A stretch of DNA of 64,000 nucleotides from Octopus sinensis (taxonomy: Eukaryota). The position numbers and the translations under genes were made by a program. The notes under the pieces were generated by a model, which was given only the letters and a program-made list of their open reading frames with translations, made no database searches and was not told the DNA's origin. The first letter of the stretch is position 1. Each line of letters begins with the position of its first letter. Below, piece by piece: positions 59,331 through 64,000 of the stretch. Location of the stretch: assembly GCF_006345805.1 (NCBI RefSeq), contig NC_042999.1:165788001-165852000 (forward strand), read 5' to 3'.

Positions 59331-60839
59331 TATTTATTAGGCCAACTGTGTTACAGAAGTTACCAATTTACTACTTGGAAGTCTTCAAGACATTTGAAAG
59401 AATGTATTAACTATTCTTGTGCACATGAAGCCCTTATTCTTAGTCAGCTTGTCTATGATTCAACTGTATCTCTTGTGCAGCTACTGTTTATATTAAGTAC
59501 TCAATACAGTATTTTCTACCTTCACCTTTTCTGCATGTTGAACAAAACCACATCCCACATGGTAGAAGAATTTTGCACTCTATAATGCCATCTAAGACTT
59601 GGCTTTGCTAGATTTACCTTCTTGGTATGTTCATTTTAGGCTCTACTTCCATCTTTGGAGCTTTTTCCCTAAATGCTTCCTCATTAGTTTGAAAGTGAAT
59701 TGAAATGAATGCAACGTATTTCAGCTGAACAATAGTATTAAATCAAAAGCAAAGTGTTGCTTGTTTCAGTCAACTAATAACAATTATCTCTAGTACCACT
59801 TTGTATTTGAGTGGTTAATACTAAGGAACCTTATCTCCATCTGTGCTCCCCAATACATGTGAAAGTCCAAAGCTGCAGTACATTGTCAATGAAGCAAATG
59901 AAGCAATGAAGCTGTGATATATTAAAGACTTAGCGTTTTTTTCTGTATCCTATTTTAATGTTAGAAATATATTCTTTGAATCTATTCTAGATTGATATTT
60001 TATTTCTGACTGATTCTTATTGCTTTATTTCTAATAAATAGAAGGAGCTGGTTATTAAGAATGACTGCCATTCGTTCTATTGTATTCCATGCAGCTGCTA
60101 CCAAGTTGTGGCCAATAGAGTTCTGATAGTGACAATTGAACTCCACCTCATTTTCATCTCTTTTCCTCATGTACAGATGTTTTCTTTTTCTCTAACTATT
60201 TTATGAGATCTCTATCCATAGAGATTTAGGGATTTAATATTCCTTTATTTAAAAGAAAGAGGGAAAAAAGAACTGCCACACTTGGTGTTGGTTAAATTTG
60301 TTTCTCACAATGAATAGTTAATGTAGTTGCATGTGTCCTTATTGTTTGCTAAGGATTTGATGGTTCTGCAAATTAATAAGAATTTGAATAAATAGTTATC
60401 TTGCTGGGTTGTTCGGCTGAGGATGCTTCATGTTGAAAGACTCCAAACACCTGATGTTCCCAGACCACATCACTAAGATTTGATCACAGGTCATCCAAAC
60501 ATTATGTGTGTGTGTGTGTGTATATACTTTAAAATGTGCACAGGAAGAGGCAACATATTACCAAAAGGTTTGGGATTGGTAAATTTCACACTCCACACCT
60601 GTACTCGATGTGGTTTGATAACCATCATATCTCCAGAGAGGGTAATGTGTGTAATCTGAACCATGTTATAGTAATAATAAACACAGAAAATGTAATTGGT
60701 GGTTTTTAAGCTGATCAATGTTTATACATAACCCAATTGGATAATAGCAACTGGTTTAAAGAAATACATGTTATGCAATGCTTAAAAATACTAATTATGT
60801 TTTCTGTGTTTCTTATTACTATATATATATATATATATA

Positions 60840-61040
60840 TATCCTTTCTAGTGTAGGCACAAGGCCTGAAATTTTCAGGGAGGTGGCTAGTCTATTTCAT
60901 CAATTCCAGTGCCAAATTAGTACTAATTACTGAAAGGATGAAAGGCATTGCCCACCTCAGCAGAATTTGAATACAAAACATAAAAGGCAGAAGAAATGCT
61001 ACTTAGCATTTTGTCCAGCATGCTAATGATTCTGCCCCCT
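60840..61040 (-). mobile_element. SINE B
   Basis: TCCTTTCTAGTGTAGGCACAAGGCCTGAAATTT tail and core. Confidence 0.7.
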
Positions 61041-61368
61041 CACTTCCTTAACACAGGTATGTCAATGTCACATTGACATCGGCTGTCAAACAATGGGGTG
61101 GGGGAAAACATACATATATGTGTGTATATATATTTGTGTGTGGTGTGTATATATATATGTGTGTGTGTGTGTGTAATGATAGATCGTTAGCCACTACACA
61201 CATTTTTTTCTCTCCTTGTTTTTTTTTTCTGTGTCCCTTTCTGTAGAAGAGTGTAGGCTCGAAACATAAAAGACTTTTTCTGTAGAAGAGCATTATCCTT
61301 ATACATCTGTTTGTTTTGTACACCACCTGTCTTCGTCTTTTGTTTTTTTCGTAAACTCTCCCTATATA

Positions 61369-61428
<60 letters not shown>

Positions 61429-61519
61429 GCCACATAAAAAGTATCTAGTAAATGATTGGCATTAGGAAGGGTATCCAGCCATAGAAACCTTCTCAAAACA
61501 CAATTGGAGCCTGATGCAG

Positions 61520-61810
61520 GTGACCAGCTTATGGGAATGTAAACACACTGACACCAGTTATCAGATGGTGGGGGAGGGGAGAAACATAGACATAAAGGTG
61601 TGCACACACACTCATGTATATATATATATATACGTACATGAGTACATGATGGGTTTCTTTCAGTTTCTCCCTACCGAATCCACTTAAAAAGACTGGTTGG
61701 TGTGAGGCTGTAGTAGAAGACACTTGTCCAAGGTGTCATGCAATGGGACTGAATATGGAACCATGTGGCTGAGCACCAAACTTCTTACAACACAGCCACA
61801 CCTGCACCTA
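61520..61810 (-). mobile_element. SINE A, older partial copy
   Basis: Reverse-complement head and body. Confidence 0.65.
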
Positions 61811-62460
61811 TCTCAAAAATTATTTGGGACTTTGCAATTAGTGTAATTAAAATTTTCATAACCACTGTAAGCAAGTTTCAGTGTTTTTGGCAACTCAAAA
61901 AAAATTAGCTGTGTATTTGTGAAATTTGTTTCACAGCTAACCTGTTCCAGGATTGATCTCACTACATAGCAACTTGAGAAAGTGTCTTGTACTCGTTGTA
62001 CTGTAGCTTCACATTAATCTATATTTCTGAATGGAAACAGTAAAAATCTGTCATCTATGAATATACTTCTGTCATGTTTTTGCTTACGTCCTACTCTTTG
62101 TCCCAATGGCTTAGTGGTTTAACCTTTAGCATTTAGATTCTTCTTGTGAAATGTAATGCTTATTTATTCACATTGTTTGGAATTAATCAAGCATTATCCT
62201 GTAGCTTCAAGATTTCAATGATGTGATTGTTTACTTTTAGAATGACATTGTAGGGTAGGTGTGAGAGGCTAGATCTGGTTGGCTTGAACATAAAACTGGT
62301 AGAATTTTGTGGCCAAATGTGACTGGTTTAGTGCTAAAAGGTTGACACAGAATAATAAAATAAACTACAGACTGAAATTGTTAATGGTATTGCTATATTC
62401 TCTTAATGCCTTCGGATATATTCAACCAATGCCTAGTAAAAGAATAGCAGAACATCCACA

Positions 62461-62745
62461 TGCTTGACAACCGATGGTGGTGTGTTTACGTCCCCGTCAC
62501 TTAGCGGTTCGGCAAAAGGGACCGATAGAATTTGTGTGTCTGTGTTTGTCCCCCTAGCATTGCTTGACAACCGATGCTGGTGTGTTTACGTCCCCGTCAC
62601 TTAGCGGTTCAGCAAAAAGAGACCGATAGAATAAGTACTGGGCTTACAAAGAATAAGTCCCGGGGTCGATTTGCTCGACTAAAGGCGGTGCTCTAGCATG
62701 GCCACAGTCAAATGACTGAAACAAGTAAAAGAGTAAAAAGAGAGT
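62461..62745 (+). mobile_element. SINE A 3' half with a 5' partial duplication
   Basis: TGCTTGACAACCGATG..GACCGATAGAAT occurs twice (62461 and 62561). Confidence 0.85.
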
Positions 62746-63719
62746 GAGTATGCACACATGAATTTAATTACAATAGTTCTGTGGGGGACATTAGTTGTTT
62801 TTACTCCTTACACATGTGACTCCCTAAAGAAAACATATCAAAGCATTAGTAAACTGGTTTCTTATTAATTCCAGTTGATCTGCTATACCACTTTTTCTTT
62901 TATTCCCCTCCCCCCTTTTTTTTTTCAAAGACTTCTTTGTTTGTAATAAGTAGCAGCTTTGCTGTTGTCTTCTTAATAAAAAAGAAAAAAATCAATGCTC
63001 CTTTTTTTCTTTTTATTTGCTACTAAAGTACATCATGATCAAAACAAAGCAAATAATTACATACAAACTGGGTCTATGTGTATGAAGCCGTTCAGTCTCT
63101 CTCTCTCTCTCTCTTTCCTCTCCTATTGAAATTCAAATCCCTATTTAACCATCACTTCAGTTAATTGGATTGATTATTATTGTCTATGAGAACCAAAACC
63201 TAGAGTGTTTATAGAAAAATGAATCTGATGTAAAGGTGTGAAGTGATTGTCTGGAACATCCATATAGAATTTCAAACAGAATAATAACATCTGTGACTTT
63301 TTTATGCCATAGCATTTTGTAGAGATTGTTATTGCATGTTCTGCATTATTATAGACATTGATTCTTCTGTTTGAGAAATATTTAATACAGCTACTGTCTA
63401 TGGTAGAAGAGGGATGCAGTAAATGTTAACGGCTGAATCTGTTGATGAGTGTATTATACTACTACCAAGTCTGTTGGTTGATGACAGGGTACTTTAGTTT
63501 TAGGCTATCTGCATTACTATACAGACACCTTCCACATAGTGGAGAACTGTATTAACACATAGCATGGCTCTGAGTGGTATTATGCCAACAGATGTACATA
63601 ATGGGACATGGCACTAACACACACACACACACATGGCACTGTACTAACAAATGCACAGTGGGGAAATGCACTCATAGTTGCAGGTTTTCTGTGGAACGAT
63701 ACTGACAGGTGCATTAAGT

Positions 63720-64000
63720 ATGCAGGTTGCTGTCTGGTAAGAAGTTTACTTCCCAACCACATGGTTCCAGGTTCAGTCCCACTGCATGGCACCTTGGGCA
63801 AGTACCGTCTACTATACTGTTCTCTGCTCACCAAAACCTTGTGAGTGGATTTGGTAGACAAGATGAAAGAAGCCTCTCGTGTGTGTGTTTCCCCATCACT
63901 TCTGAAGAGACCGATAGATTAAATACTAGGTTTGGGTCCATTCATTTGACTAAAACTCTAAGTGGTACCTAGCATGGTCACTGTATAATGACTGAAACAA
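63720..64000 (+). mobile_element. SINE A, older copy running off the window end
   Basis: Head and tail motifs. Confidence 0.7.

Noticed and set aside
63440-63575. C/D box snoRNA (TGATGA ... CTGA)
   Set aside because: No terminal stem or recognisable guide; these motifs are common in AT-rich DNA.

Overview
AT-rich, repeat-saturated eukaryotic DNA. The tRNA-headed SINE families, RTE LINEs with (GAT)n tails and dense microsatellites suggest an octopus/cephalopod genome (inference, not verified). I recognised no host protein-coding exon with confidence; the window looks like intronic/intergenic DNA, possibly with a bidirectional promoter near 21.6-22.1 kb. Recognisable coding sequence is all transposon-derived: a cluster of three RTE LINE copies (12.6-20.4 kb, one with a 759-aa open RT ORF carrying a PHD-like finger), a Dong/R4-type RLE retroelement in (TAA)n, Penelope remnants, two hAT remnants, three non-autonomous Helitrons, mariner and piggyBac-like MITEs, and three SINE families (about 20 copies of the commonest). 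The most notable structures are a ~3-kb nested palindrome (30061-33083) whose arms become more alike towards the centre, a degenerate type-I hammerhead ribozyme (27733-27778), two RTE copies 5'-truncated at nearly the same nucleotide against (TA)n, a 50-bp hairpin (20438-20541), and several inverted repeat pairs that could form dsRNA. All alignments and identities were done by eye; boundaries of degraded elements are approximate.
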